Shown: positions 18,970-30,778 of the stretch, piece after piece
Numbering within the stretch: the stretch's first letter is position 1
Layout: the number at the start of each line of letters is the position of its first letter
NCBI GenBank assembly: GCA_905236645.1
Contig: CAJOMZ010000013.1
Location: 3,315-67,314 of the forward strand
Reading direction: 5' to 3'
Source: an uncultured Bacteroidales bacterium
GTDB taxonomy: Bacteria > Bacteroidota > Bacteroidia > Bacteroidales > P3
Length of the DNA stretch: 64,000 nucleotides
Position numbers and translations under genes: made by a program
Notes under the pieces: model-generated
Database searches by the model: none
The model's input: only the letters and a program-made list of their open reading frames with translations
Told to the model about the DNA's origin: nothing

Positions 18970-19620
18970 TTATCTCATATCGATCACCTCGACGTCTGGA
19001 TTCTCTTTCCGAGGGAAGACGAATGTGTTTGCATTGACTTTTGCCGTGGTGAACTTGCTGACGTCATACTCGGCGGAAGAGGAGTCGTAGTTGTGCATTT
19101 CCATTCGCCGTATGACGTTGTTGCTGTTTATGATGAAGCGTATCTTGTAGTAGCTCTTGCTTTGCTTGGGCGTGAGGTCGATGACGGCATCGCCGTTGCT
19201 CTCTTTACGGATGTACTTGGCTTTGAAGTTTTTGGTGTAGTTGGCCAGCAACGCGCCGGGGTTCATCAGGTCGTCTTGGGCATCGCTCAGGTTGTTGATC
19301 ACGACCTCTTTGGTGCCCTTGTTCCAGTGCCAGGTGGCGATGCCGTCGCAGTAGATTATATTGCCGTCGAAACTGACGCAGTATTTGCCGCGCTGGTAGG
19401 TGACATTGGCTGTCTGCTTTGCGGTGGCTTTCTTGTTGCTGTCTTTGTTGGTCATTGTAACGGTGAAGGTTACTCCGCTGGCGTTGTCTATTTTCTTGTA
19501 GGCTTTTTTCAGTATCTCGTCGGCATTTTTGTCATAGTTGCCTTGCGGAGTGTGGGTTATTTGTGCCGTCAGGGTTGTGGCGCAGAAGAGCAGCAGCAGT
19601 ATCAGGATTGTTCTTTTCAT
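18970..19620 (-). CDS. LolA-like outer-membrane lipoprotein carrier family protein
   Basis: A signal peptide followed by an all-beta pattern of about 200 aa, as in LolA-like proteins. This is pattern-level recognition only. Confidence 0.6.
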   Translation of the reverse strand: MKRTILILLLLFCATTLTAQITHTPQGNYDKNADEILKKAYKKIDNASGVTFTVTMTNKDSNKKATAKQTANVTYQRGKYCVSFDGNIIYCDGIATWHWNKGTKEVVINNLSDAQDDLMNPGALLANYTKNFKAKYIRKESNGDAVIDLTPKQSKSYYKIRFIINSNNVIRRMEMHNYDSSSAEYDVSKFTTAKVNANTFVFPRKENPDVEVIDMR

Positions 19621-19717
19621 TGTTTTATTTTTTGCAAAAACGTCGAATGGCGTTTTATATTGCGTCGTTTAGACAAATAAATGACCTTTTGCAGGATTGC
19701 TGCCGTGCGGGAGGCTG

Positions 19718-19987
19718 TTATTCATAATAAGTGATTTTACGAATGATGAAATTGTTGTCTCTTCGACGTGTAACCCAGTTGTCGTAATTGTCGTATGTGT
19801 ATTCGTAGTGTATGGTATTCTCTTCTCCTGTAAAGTTTTCGATATAGGTGTACACAACCCCTTTCTCGTTATAGATGTATTCTTTGTCGCCATTTGAATA
19901 CCGATGTCTGCTTTGCTCTTTGACAAGAAGGCCCTGACTGTTCTCATATACTTGGTGTCTGACTATTTCTCGAAGCTCCGCAGCCAT
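19718..19987 (-). CDS. Short hypothetical ORF, possibly the C-terminal remnant of a larger protein
   Basis: An 89-aa ORF with no signal peptide. It overlaps the nfo 3' end by 25 nt and has Y/N/D-rich repeats ([11 protein letters not shown]). Confidence 0.25.
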   Translation of the reverse strand: MAAELREIVRHQVYENSQGLLVKEQSRHRYSNGDKEYIYNEKGVVYTYIENFTGEENTIHYEYTYDNYDNWVTRRRDNNFIIRKITYYE

Positions 19988-20808
19988 TTTATCTCGTCAG
20001 CCCAACGCATCGGGTCGGGAGTTTCGAGGATGATGGGCATATCGTTGAAGCGCGGGTCGTTCATAAAACGCTCAAAGAATGCCTTGCCCAAGAATCCTTC
20101 GCCCAGCACCTCGTGGCGGTCTACGTGCGATGATGCTGCTTTCTTGCTGTCGTTGAGGTGGATGGCGCGCAGATACTTTTGACCTATGAGTCTGTCGAAC
20201 TCCTCGAAGCAGAACTGGTAGCCCATCTCGGTCGACAGGTCGTAGCCGGCGGCCAGCGTGTGGCAGGTGTCGATACAGACTCCCACGCGGCTCTTGTCGT
20301 CGATGCCGGCGATGATGCGGGCTATATGCTCGAACTTCCAGCCCAGGTTGGTACCCTGTCCGGCGGTGTTCTCGATGACGGCCGTCACGCCCTCGGTCTT
20401 GCTGAGGGCCAGGTTCACCTCGCGGGCTATCTGGTCCAGGCATTCCTCCTCGCTAACCTTGTTCAAATGGCTGCCGGGGTGGAAGTTGAGCATCGTCAGG
20501 CCGAGCTGCTGCGCCCTGTGCATTTCGTCGTAGAAGGCCGCGCGGCTTTTCTGCAACGTCTCCTCGTCGGGCGAGCCGAGGTTGATAAGGTAGCTGTCGT
20601 GCGGCAGCACATACTTTGGGCTGAAGCCACGGTCGGCAAGCAATGCCTTGAATCCGTCGATTTCAAGCTGCGACAGCGGCTTGCTGACCCAGCTGCGCTG
20701 GTTGCGTGTGAACAAGGCAAATGCGTTGGCCCCAATGGCCTCGGCATTCAGTATGGCGTTCCCAACGCCACCCGATGCGCTTACGTGCGCTCCGATATAT
20801 TTCGTCAT
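19963..20808 (-). CDS. nfo: Endonuclease IV
   Basis: [10 protein letters not shown], the HDSYLINL motif and the TIM-barrel AP endonuclease 2 pattern. Length is 281 aa. Confidence 0.93.
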   Translation of the reverse strand: MTKYIGAHVSASGGVGNAILNAEAIGANAFALFTRNQRSWVSKPLSQLEIDGFKALLADRGFSPKYVLPHDSYLINLGSPDEETLQKSRAAFYDEMHRAQQLGLTMLNFHPGSHLNKVSEEECLDQIAREVNLALSKTEGVTAVIENTAGQGTNLGWKFEHIARIIAGIDDKSRVGVCIDTCHTLAAGYDLSTEMGYQFCFEEFDRLIGQKYLRAIHLNDSKKAASSHVDRHEVLGEGFLGKAFFERFMNDPRFNDMPIILETPDPMRWADEIKWLRSFEK

Positions 20809-20863
20809 ATTATTGCTGTTTATGAGTTTATCAAGTGTGATTGTATTTTTTCATTTTGCAACA

Positions 20864-20871
20864 CAAAAGTA
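20864..20871 (-). promoter_or_regulatory. Candidate -7 box for nfo
   Basis: The minus strand reads TACTTTTG (TAnnTTTG), 56 nt upstream of the ATG. Confidence 0.4.
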
Positions 20872-20948
20872 GTCATTTTACCTGAGAGTGCCAAATTTTG
20901 GCGCTCTTTTTTTCTACTCGGTGTTGCACTTGTAATTGTAACTGGAAT

Positions 20949-21440
20949 TTAAGGTTTGCTTCCTGCAAATTTTTTCAGTGCTTCCTCGTCGAGGCGCTGG
21001 ATGGTCCAGTCGCTCATTGGGATGGCACCGATGGAGCGGTAGGTCTTGAGGGCGTTCTCGTTCCAGTCGAGGCAAATCCATTCCATACGGCCGCAGTTGC
21101 GCTCGACGGCCAGGCGTGCCAGGTGCTGCAGCAGCTGGCGTCCGTATCCTCGGCCACGCTTCTCGGGGATGATGAATAGGTCCTCCAAATACAATCCTTT
21201 GCGGCCGACAAACGTCGAGAAATTATGGAAAAACAGTGCAAAGCCTACGATGGTGCCATCCTGTTCTTCGGCGAAAACCACTTCGGCACTCCGTTCCACA
21301 AAGAGCGACTGGTGCAGCGTCTTCTCATCGGCAACCACCTCGTCGGCGCACTTCTCGTATTCCGCCAGACGTTTAATAAAGTCCAGCACGAGAGGCGTTT
21401 CCTCCTCCCGTGCTGGACGGATTGAAAGTGTGCTGTTCAT
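20949..21440 (-). CDS. GNAT family N-acetyltransferase
   Basis: The start is taken at internal ATG 21440 (MNSTLSIRPAREEE). The acetyl-CoA motif is RGRGYGRQLL. Confidence 0.8.
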   Translation of the reverse strand: MNSTLSIRPAREEETPLVLDFIKRLAEYEKCADEVVADEKTLHQSLFVERSAEVVFAEEQDGTIVGFALFFHNFSTFVGRKGLYLEDLFIIPEKRGRGYGRQLLQHLARLAVERNCGRMEWICLDWNENALKTYRSIGAIPMSDWTIQRLDEEALKKFAGSKP

Positions 21441-21450
21441 AAAACAAGGA

Positions 21451-22113
21451 TCAATAGTTCTCGGCCAGCACCTGGAAGTAGGCCTGCGGATGGTTGCAGA
21501 CGGGGCATACCTCGGGGGCTGTCTTGCCGATGACGATATGGCCGCAGTTGGAGCACTGCCAAATGGCGTCACCGTCCTTCGAGAACACCTTTTTGTCGTT
21601 CAGGTTCTTGAGCAGCTTGCGGTAGCGTTCCTCGTGGTGTTTCTCTATGGCGCCGACCATCTCGAACTTTTCGGCAATCTCTTCAAAGCCCTCTTCGCGG
21701 GCCTCGCGAGCCATACGTTCGTACATATCGGTCCATTCAAAGTTCTCGCCCTCGGCGGCGGCAAGCAGGTTCTCGGCAGTCGAAGCCACCTCGCCGCCGT
21801 GCAGGTATTTGAACCACAGTTTTGCGTGCTCGCGCTCGTTGACAGCGGTCTCCTCAAAGAGGGCTGCAATCTGCACATAGCCTTCTTTCTTGGCTTTGGA
21901 GGCGAAATAGGTGTATTTGTTGCGGGCCATCGACTCGCCGGCGAAGGCCTCTTCGAGGTTCTTCTCGGTCTTGGTGCCTTTCAGCGGCTTGGGCGCGTTG
22001 TCGGTTATCTCTACAAACTTTTCTTTAGGCTGTTTGCATTTGGGGCACACGGCGGGAGCCTCGTCGCCCTCGTGTATGTAACCGCAAACAGTGCATTTGA
22101 ATTTCTTGCTCAT
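21451..22113 (-). CDS. rbr: Rubrerythrin-family protein with N- and C-terminal rubredoxin-like CxxC pairs
   Basis: CTVCGY...CPKC at the N-terminus, a ferritin-like core with ExxH motifs, and CSNCGH...CPVC at the C-terminus. Confidence 0.9.
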   Translation of the reverse strand: MSKKFKCTVCGYIHEGDEAPAVCPKCKQPKEKFVEITDNAPKPLKGTKTEKNLEEAFAGESMARNKYTYFASKAKKEGYVQIAALFEETAVNEREHAKLWFKYLHGGEVASTAENLLAAAEGENFEWTDMYERMAREAREEGFEEIAEKFEMVGAIEKHHEERYRKLLKNLNDKKVFSKDGDAIWQCSNCGHIVIGKTAPEVCPVCNHPQAYFQVLAENY

Positions 22114-22142
22114 AATCGGTTGTGTTGGATTGATAATACCTG

Positions 22143-22886
22143 TTAAAGTAAAAAACTTAAATCGTCTTTCAGACCGTACTCCTTGGTGTTCTCCATTTTG
22201 GTCTTGAAGACCTTCATCTTGTTTGGCTTGCCTATGAGTTTGAGCTTGCCGTCCTCAAGCAGCAGGGCGGTTGCCTCGCGGATGGCTGCAACGGTAGCCT
22301 TGGGGTTGACCATAATATACTCCTTCAGGCGGTCGTCGCGGGTCTCGCCGCCGTGCTTCGGGTCGAAGAAGTCGGTGTAGTGCGGGTTGATCTGGAACGG
22401 CACGATGCCCATACAGTCGAACGAGGCGGGCATAACGATGGGCATATCGTTGGTGGTGCATAGGGTGGGGCCGGCCACATTGCTGCCTGCGCTCCAGCCC
22501 ATATAGGGCATTCCGTCGAAGGCGCGCTGGCGGATGGCCTGCATCAAGCCTGTACGCTGCAGCTCGCGGACAAGGTGGAAGGTGTTGCCGCCACCTACCG
22601 CCACGCAATCTGTGTCATACACTGCGTTGATGGGCAGGGCTTTGTGGTGTACCGATTGAAGTTTTACTCCAAATTCGGCATACACTGCCGCCACTTTTTT
22701 TTCGTATGCATCATAGCTCTTGGTCAAGCCGCCTTCAGCCAGGCTCACACCTGCATAGGGGATGAAGAGCACGCGTTTCACATTGTGCCGCTTGCAGAAA
22801 TCGGCAATCATATCCTTGCACCAGCCGAGGTAAGCCTCGCCGCGCATAGTGCTGTTGCTGATAAGCAGTAAATTCCTTTTATCCAT
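22143..22886 (-). CDS. pepE: Peptidase S51 (dipeptidase E-like)
   Basis: LLISNST...FIPYA and the GGNTF motif. Length is 247 aa. Confidence 0.8.
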   Translation of the reverse strand: MDKRNLLLISNSTMRGEAYLGWCKDMIADFCKRHNVKRVLFIPYAGVSLAEGGLTKSYDAYEKKVAAVYAEFGVKLQSVHHKALPINAVYDTDCVAVGGGNTFHLVRELQRTGLMQAIRQRAFDGMPYMGWSAGSNVAGPTLCTTNDMPIVMPASFDCMGIVPFQINPHYTDFFDPKHGGETRDDRLKEYIMVNPKATVAAIREATALLLEDGKLKLIGKPNKMKVFKTKMENTKEYGLKDDLSFLL

Positions 22887-22906
22887 TTTGTGGTTATGTT
22901 TTTGGT

Positions 22907-24886
<1,980 letters not shown>

Positions 24887-24894
24887 TTAGTTTG

Positions 24895-24902
24895 CAAAAT
24901 TA
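24895..24902 (-). promoter_or_regulatory. Candidate -7 box for gyrB
   Basis: The minus strand reads TAATTTTG, 30 nt upstream of the ATG. Confidence 0.5.
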
Positions 24903-25104
24903 CTAAAAAAACTTCGTTTTTGCCCCTTTTCGGCTGCCAATTTTTATCAACATTTTGTGGAAAAATAATATTCCGGGTCTATTGTGTTGAACTACAGATG
25001 CTTGGTGCGCTTTGCGCAGGCTCTGTCGCCCCCTGTTTGCACCCCGGAAACGGCGTTGCGGAAGCCCCGTTTCCTAACCGCTTCATCCTCAGTCCTTCAA
25101 GGGA

Positions 25105-25214
25105 CCAACTCCGTCCGTTGTACAATATATGTACAATAGTTGTACAATACTTGTACAATTGGTAAACGTACAAATATTGTACAAGTATTGTACATATATT
25201 GCGGACGGAGTTGG
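25105..25214. repeat. 110-nt hairpin element: 13-bp GC clamp enclosing 4 + 3 inverted 11-nt TTGTACAATAN units
   Basis: The clamp is ccaactccgtccg (25105-25117) against cggacggagttgg (25202-25214). Units lie at 25118, 25129, 25140 and 25151, with inverted units at 25169, 25180 and 25191. Confidence 0.85.
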
Positions 25215-25302
25215 TAGGGCGAAATCGTGGCGAAAAAACGGTCCGTCGACGGTCGGTGGACAATATTTTCGGTGCAAGGGACGTTATATTGAAAATTTTT
25301 TG

Positions 25303-25310
25303 TAACTTTG
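25303..25310 (+). promoter_or_regulatory. Candidate -7 box for the PorD-like gene
   Basis: TAACTTTG, 22 nt upstream of ATG 25333. Confidence 0.55.
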
Positions 25311-25332
25311 CAGACTGAAAATATGGCTTGAA

Positions 25333-26265
25333 ATGTTGAAGAAGCTGTCGATGTTGCTGATATTGAGTGCTTTCTTCGCAACGGCTCTGGGTCAGGAGTT
25401 CCGTTGCGGTGTTGTTGTTAACTATCAGAAACTGCAGAACACAACGCAGCAGTATGAGTCGGGCGACGTCAAAATCTTTGAGACGATGAAGCGCACTATC
25501 GAGGATTTTATCAACAACCGCCATTGGACAAACCTTGAGTTTGAGCAGGTTGAGCGCATCGACTGCTCCATCAACCTCATCCTCACGCAGCGCTCGTCGG
25601 CCACCGACTTCACCGCCCAGCTGTCGATCCAGTTGCGCCGGCCTGTCTACAATTCCAACTACACCACCGGCCTCTTCAACTATATGGAGGGCGCCAACGA
25701 CCTGGTGTTCTCGTTCAATGAGAGCCAGCCGCTCGAGTTCGACCCGAACTCTTACTTCGACAATCTCTCGTCGACTCTGGCCTACTACTGCTACATTATG
25801 CTGGGTCTCTACTTCGACTCGTACGGCCCCAACGGAGGCGAACCGTTCTTTGAAATGGCACGCACCATTGCACAGACCACCAAGGCTGCCAACAGCAACC
25901 TAAAAGGCTGGGGGCCAAGCGATAGCCAGAAGGCGCGCTACTGGTTTATGGAGAACCACACCAACTCGGCATACGAGGCGCTGCACAGCGTCTACTATTA
26001 CTACTACCGCCTTGGGCTCGATATGATGACCAAGGACCAGCCCACGGCGCGCCGCAACATCATCGAAGCGATGCGCTATCTGCTGCAACTGCACAAGAAA
26101 CGTTCCAACCTGCTGTCGGTCACCCAGTTCCTCGACGTTAACATTGCGGAGATAGTCTCTATCTTCACTCCGGCGCCGGCTGACGAGCAGAAGGAGATTT
26201 ACGACATCATCAAGGAGATTAGTCCTATCAATGTTACAAAACTGAAGGACTGGAATGTTAAATAG
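25333..26265 (+). CDS. DUF4835 / PorD-like protein (type IX secretion associated)
   Basis: It has a signal peptide and an N-terminal pattern (EFRCGVVVNYQKLQ...IFETMKRTIEDFINNRHWT) that I recognise as DUF4835-like. Called from memory only. Confidence 0.55.
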   Translation: MLKKLSMLLILSAFFATALGQEFRCGVVVNYQKLQNTTQQYESGDVKIFETMKRTIEDFINNRHWTNLEFEQVERIDCSINLILTQRSSATDFTAQLSIQLRRPVYNSNYTTGLFNYMEGANDLVFSFNESQPLEFDPNSYFDNLSSTLAYYCYIMLGLYFDSYGPNGGEPFFEMARTIAQTTKAANSNLKGWGPSDSQKARYWFMENHTNSAYEALHSVYYYYYRLGLDMMTKDQPTARRNIIEAMRYLLQLHKKRSNLLSVTQFLDVNIAEIVSIFTPAPADEQKEIYDIIKEISPINVTKLKDWNVK

Positions 26266-26309
26266 GAACTTTAAATTGAGATATACAATTAACTTTAAAA
26301 TAAAATATT

Positions 26310-27626
26310 ATGACCCAAATACCAATTCAGAAAGAGGTGATTGACCGCATCGCCGCAAACAATAAGATAAGCAACCCGGGCAAAGCCAGCATCCGCGAAA
26401 TGCGCAAAATGATACAAGACGTTGAGCGCGAGACCGATGTGCGCTTTGTCAAGATGGAGATGGGCATTCCCGGCCTGCCCGCGCCCAAGGTGGGCGTCGA
26501 GGCCCAGATCGAGGCCCTGCGCAGCGGTGTGGCAAGCATCTATCCCGAGATTTACGGTACTGCCGATTTCAAGCAGGAGGCCGCCCGTTTCGTCAAGAAT
26601 TTCCTCGACATCGACGTCACGCCCGAATGCTGCGTGCCTACCGTGGGCTCGATGCAGGCCGGCTTTGCCAGCTTCCTTACGTTGACCCGCTATGACGCTC
26701 GGAAGACCAAGGTGCTTTTCATCGACCCCGGCTTCCCCGTTCAGAAGCAGCAGTGCCGCGTGCTGGGCATCCCGATGAAGACCTTTGACGTGTATGAATA
26801 CCGTGGCGACAAGCTGCGCGACAAGCTTGAAGAAGAACTTAAAGACGGCGATGTTGCTTGCCTGATTTACAGCAGTCCTAACAATCCGGCTTGGTTCTGC
26901 TTTACCGACCACGAACTGAAGATTATCGGTGATATGGCCAACAAGTACGGTGTGGTTGTGCTTGAGGACGACGCTTACTTCCTGATGGATTTCCGCAAGG
27001 ACTACAGTGTGCCTGGCAAGGCTCCGTTCCAGCCCACCGTCGCCAAGTACACCGACCGCTATGTGCTGATGATTTCGGGTTCTAAATCATTTAGTTACGC
27101 TGGCGAGCGTATTGCTATGATGGTTTGCAGCCCCACGCTGTTCAATATGGAGTGCCCCGACCTGGCTCGCTTCTACAGCCAGACGCAGTTGGGCCGCGCA
27201 TTGATTTTCGGTACATTGTACTGCCTCAGCTCGGGTACCGCCCACAGCGTGCAATATGCTATGGCTGCGATGCTTAAGGGCGCCAACGACGGTACTTTCA
27301 ACTTTGTCAAGGACATCAAGGAGTATGGCGAGAAGGCCGAGGTGATGAAGAAACTCTTTACCGACAACGGCTTCTTCATTGTCTACGACAAGGATATGGG
27401 CGAGGATATCGGCGACGGTTTCTATTTCACTTTCTGCTATCCTGGTTTCGGCGGCGTGGATCTGCTTAATGAGTTGATTCGCTATGGCATCAGCGCCATC
27501 GCCCTCGATATCACCGGCAGTCACAAGCAGGGCATCCGCGCCTGCGTTGCCCTCGTTCAGCGCGATCAGTTCCCCGACCTCAAGGCCCGTCTGGAACAGT
27601 TCCACAAGGACCATCCGGTCAAGTAA
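26310..27626 (+). CDS. PLP-dependent aminotransferase, class I/II
   Basis: 438 aa with a SGSKSFSYAGERIA lysine motif and the fold-type I pattern. Confidence 0.8.
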   Translation: MTQIPIQKEVIDRIAANNKISNPGKASIREMRKMIQDVERETDVRFVKMEMGIPGLPAPKVGVEAQIEALRSGVASIYPEIYGTADFKQEAARFVKNFLDIDVTPECCVPTVGSMQAGFASFLTLTRYDARKTKVLFIDPGFPVQKQQCRVLGIPMKTFDVYEYRGDKLRDKLEEELKDGDVACLIYSSPNNPAWFCFTDHELKIIGDMANKYGVVVLEDDAYFLMDFRKDYSVPGKAPFQPTVAKYTDRYVLMISGSKSFSYAGERIAMMVCSPTLFNMECPDLARFYSQTQLGRALIFGTLYCLSSGTAHSVQYAMAAMLKGANDGTFNFVKDIKEYGEKAEVMKKLFTDNGFFIVYDKDMGEDIGDGFYFTFCYPGFGGVDLLNELIRYGISAIALDITGSHKQGIRACVALVQRDQFPDLKARLEQFHKDHPVK

Positions 27627-27651
27627 TCAGAGGATGTTTGGGTATAAATGA

Positions 27652-27683
27652 AAGGCGGCGGATTCGATAGAATCCGCCGCCTT
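27652..27683. terminator. Bidirectional terminator between convergent genes
   Basis: A 14-bp stem aaggcggcggattc-gata-gaatccgccgcctt, flanked by A and T runs. Confidence 0.75.
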
Positions 27684-27718
27684 GATTGTTCATTGGTGTT
27701 TTTAGAGGCTTGTGGTTG

Positions 27719-28765
27719 TCAAGCCTTTCTGGACTTTTTGTTGTCTGCGGGGCCTTTGCTTTTCCGGCATAAGAGTCTGTGCGCGAGCTCGGAAAGTGCT
27801 ATTGGCAGAGCAATGGCCAGTGCCGTCGTGACGATAAAGAATGGGATGAATGTTATTGTTCCGGCTTGGACGGACGAATGGACCAAGCGTGCGCAGCCCC
27901 AGATGATGAACATCTGCAGCAGGTAAATCCAATAGCAGTTGCGTGATATTGAAGACAATGTGGCTTTTACGGGAGGCATTTTCTCAAATGCCATTGCCAG
28001 CAGGTAGAAGCAGGGCAGGGCGGCGGTGCCTGTCACGAGGCTCCACCAGCCTAACTGCGGGAATTCAAAGCCAATGGCTTCGCCTTGGCTGAATAGCCAG
28101 GCGCTGAATGCGACGAATGGAACGGCCAAAAGACCCCACATCCAGACTTTTACACCTCTAATCTCGTCGATCCATTCGGCACAAAGCACCCCGAGGCAGT
28201 AGAAGAACGTCAGGCTGCAGAAGTCGCTGGTGGCCAGAAATGCAGTGCCGTCGAGCATTGCAAGGAACATCGCCCCGATGCAGCACAACACACGTCCCCA
28301 TTGGGGCAGTCGGAAAAAGAGCGGCGATATAAGGTAGTAGCCAAAGAGGATGTAGATGTACCAGAGGAAGGAGGCTTCGCTCCAACGAGGGTAGAGTAGG
28401 AGTGTCTTTGCGGATTGGCCTATATAGCTCCAGCTGAGCTCTCGCCCTTTGATGTGGCAGGCTATCACGGCAACGGCAAGACCTATCACAAGAAACCAGA
28501 GGAAGAACTTCTTGAATTTGCGCCAGATATACAAGCCGTATTCCTTCAGGCCGCTGGTCCCTTTATGGGTGTAGCGGATGAGGAATGCCGAGAGGAATAG
28601 GAACATCTGCATATGGAATGAGTATATCCAGTTGTGCAGGCTGTGGTACCATTGCGGCTCGAAACCGACGCTGAAATGCCCCATCACCACCATCAGCATA
28701 GCCACTCCAATCATCATATCGATACGCACAAGACGAATATGCTTATCTTGTTTTTTCGTGTTCAT
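27719..28765 (-). CDS. Acyltransferase family 3 membrane protein
   Basis: About ten TM segments and N-terminal RIDMMIGVAMLMVVMGHF. Confidence 0.8.
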   Translation of the reverse strand: MNTKKQDKHIRLVRIDMMIGVAMLMVVMGHFSVGFEPQWYHSLHNWIYSFHMQMFLFLSAFLIRYTHKGTSGLKEYGLYIWRKFKKFFLWFLVIGLAVAVIACHIKGRELSWSYIGQSAKTLLLYPRWSEASFLWYIYILFGYYLISPLFFRLPQWGRVLCCIGAMFLAMLDGTAFLATSDFCSLTFFYCLGVLCAEWIDEIRGVKVWMWGLLAVPFVAFSAWLFSQGEAIGFEFPQLGWWSLVTGTAALPCFYLLAMAFEKMPPVKATLSSISRNCYWIYLLQMFIIWGCARLVHSSVQAGTITFIPFFIVTTALAIALPIALSELAHRLLCRKSKGPADNKKSRKA

Positions 28766-28906
28766 TATATCCTGTTTTTTTATCGCCTTCGGCGCGAAAT
28801 TTTACAGATTTGATTCAAGTTTTACAAGGTTTTATCTTGTCAATTTCTCCACTTTTTTCATTGCACTCGTATCAGTTTGGAAAATTTCCACGCTTTGGTG
28901 TGCGTA

Positions 28907-29770
28907 TTAAACCGTGTCGATGAAGTTGCGTTCGGCTTTGCTGAACAGCAGCAGGCCGAGGAACATCGTCACCACGAGACATCCGGCGCAGTAGAGCAGT
29001 CCCATCCAATCCATCTGGCCTATGCCAGTGATGGAGTAGCGCCACGATTCAAAAACGCCGCTCAGAGGGTTGAGTTTCAGCACCCAGCCATAGCTCTTGT
29101 CGGCGGCGATGCTCATCGGGTAGATGATAGGCGTGGCGTACATCAGCAGGCTCATACCGAAGCCTACAAGCATATTCAGGTCGCGGTATTTCACTGTCAT
29201 AGAGCTCACTATCATTCCCCACGACATAGCTGTGAACGCCAGCAGCAACATATAGACCGGGAACATCAGCAGTTCCCAGCGCGGGCAAAGCGGGGCGCCG
29301 GTGACAACGTAATAGACATACACCACTATAAGTAGCAGCAGCTGAATGCCGAAGGTTACGAGCGACGAGGTCATACCCGCCAGTGGAATGATAAGCCTTG
29401 GGAAATAGACCTTGCCGAATATTCCGGCGTTGGCGGCCAGCACATTGCTGTTCTGCCCGAAGCAGGCGTTGAAGTAGTTCCACATCAGGATGCCGCTCAG
29501 GTAGAAGACGGCCTGCGGCACGCCGCCAGTGGATATGCCCGCCAGTCCGCCGAACACGAACATATACATAATAGTCGTGAAAATGGGGCTGATAAAGAAC
29601 CACGCCAGGCCCAGCACCGTCTGCTTATAAACAGTCACGATGTTGCGGCGCACATAGATGCTGAACAGATCGCGGTAGTCCCACATTTCCTTGAGGTTGA
29701 ACTGCATAAACTTTTTCCTTGGTTCCAGTATGGCAGTCCATTGTTCTTGATTTGGGTTGTTGTCAGTCAT
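28907..29770 (-). CDS. wzm: ABC-2 type polysaccharide exporter permease (Wzm/TagG/KpsM-like)
   Basis: 287 aa with 6 TM segments and N-terminal DYRDLFSIYVRRNIVTVYKQTVLGLAWFFISP. Confidence 0.85.
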   Translation of the reverse strand: MTDNNPNQEQWTAILEPRKKFMQFNLKEMWDYRDLFSIYVRRNIVTVYKQTVLGLAWFFISPIFTTIMYMFVFGGLAGISTGGVPQAVFYLSGILMWNYFNACFGQNSNVLAANAGIFGKVYFPRLIIPLAGMTSSLVTFGIQLLLLIVVYVYYVVTGAPLCPRWELLMFPVYMLLLAFTAMSWGMIVSSMTVKYRDLNMLVGFGMSLLMYATPIIYPMSIAADKSYGWVLKLNPLSGVFESWRYSITGIGQMDWMGLLYCAGCLVVTMFLGLLLFSKAERNFIDTV

Positions 29771-29785
29771 TAAAGTTATTTGTTG

Positions 29786-30775
29786 TTAATTTTTCAAAAT
29801 GAAATCTTTCAGCTCATTGCCTACGATTTTTGATGTTTTAGGCGTCCAATGGGTGTCGTCGGCATAGTAGATGTCTTTCTCTCCATTTTCGTCAAGTTGA
29901 CGCAGTATTTTTATGGGATTGAAAAAGCAAGGCAAAGTGTCGAAAGCCGGTGTGTCTTCAATTGTGAAGTATCTGTTCCTATTGTCGGTATAAGGAGCGT
30001 AAATTGTTGATTTATTTGGCGCTACAACATAGATAAGTTTCACGTTCCTGTCTTTGGCGAATTGATATAATTGGAGCAGTTTTTGTGAAGCGCTGTCGCA
30101 AAACTGATTGGAATAATGAATGGTGTCCTCGTAATAGCTATATAATTCGTTTTCATTGCCTTTAGAGGTAAAACACGCCTTGTTCAGCTTTGCGAACACC
30201 GTGCCGTCGTCTTTTACAAGACGATACTGGTAAAAGAGGGTAATTTCCTTGTCGATAGATTTCTTTTGGGTGCTGGTTTTGTGCTTCTTGCCTTTTTGCA
30301 GTTGTTCCAACGGGAAAGGCGTCGAAGTGTCAATCCAGAAAAGTCGTGCCACACAACAGCGTTCGACAGATTCAACTATCAATATTTTTGGCAATTTCGA
30401 CGTTGAAGCATTAGCCAAGAATCCCAATGCAGCCTCCTCTGGCGCATTATCGACATTGTACAGAACATTGGTAACAGTAATGTTGCAGTATTCTCCGAGC
30501 GGCTGCAGGTAAGGATAGGGTCGCTGGCTTGAAAAAGAATCTCCAAAACACAGTATTGTTGAACTGTCGGGTATATCTTGTATTTCAAGGTTTTGTACGA
30601 AAAGGGAATCGGGCATTATATCCAAACCATCGTGATATCCCTTTTCAAAAAATATTTTTGCCATCCGGCCAATATCGCCAGAGCATTCCCTTGTTGTGGA
30701 GAGTACAATGTAAATGACTACAGGAATGAGTATCGGAAAGAAGAAAATCAGTAGTTTGAATAAGAATTTCTTCAT
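29786..30775 (-). CDS. AlgX/AlgJ-like SGNH-fold protein (O-acylation accessory)
   Basis: It has an N-terminal anchor and the motif YADDTHWT. It lies directly downstream of the MBOAT gene. Confidence 0.6.
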   Translation of the reverse strand: MKKFLFKLLIFFFPILIPVVIYIVLSTTRECSGDIGRMAKIFFEKGYHDGLDIMPDSLFVQNLEIQDIPDSSTILCFGDSFSSQRPYPYLQPLGEYCNITVTNVLYNVDNAPEEAALGFLANASTSKLPKILIVESVERCCVARLFWIDTSTPFPLEQLQKGKKHKTSTQKKSIDKEITLFYQYRLVKDDGTVFAKLNKACFTSKGNENELYSYYEDTIHYSNQFCDSASQKLLQLYQFAKDRNVKLIYVVAPNKSTIYAPYTDNRNRYFTIEDTPAFDTLPCFFNPIKILRQLDENGEKDIYYADDTHWTPKTSKIVGNELKDFILKN

Positions 30776-30778
30776 TGC

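Noticed and set aside
20884-20906. The hairpin gagtgccaaa/tttggcgctc as a terminator for the GNAT gene.
   Set aside because: The T-run follows the stem only on the plus strand, where no gene ends. On the transcribed minus strand there is no U-tract. I left it unannotated.
18220-22146. Several long plus-strand ORFs (18220..18657, 18958..19680, 20158..20952, 21046..22146).
   Set aside because: Each lies in phase and antisense to a well-supported minus-strand gene (tsaB, LolA-like, nfo, GNAT/rubrerythrin). Their composition is low-complexity and rich in V, G, A and L.
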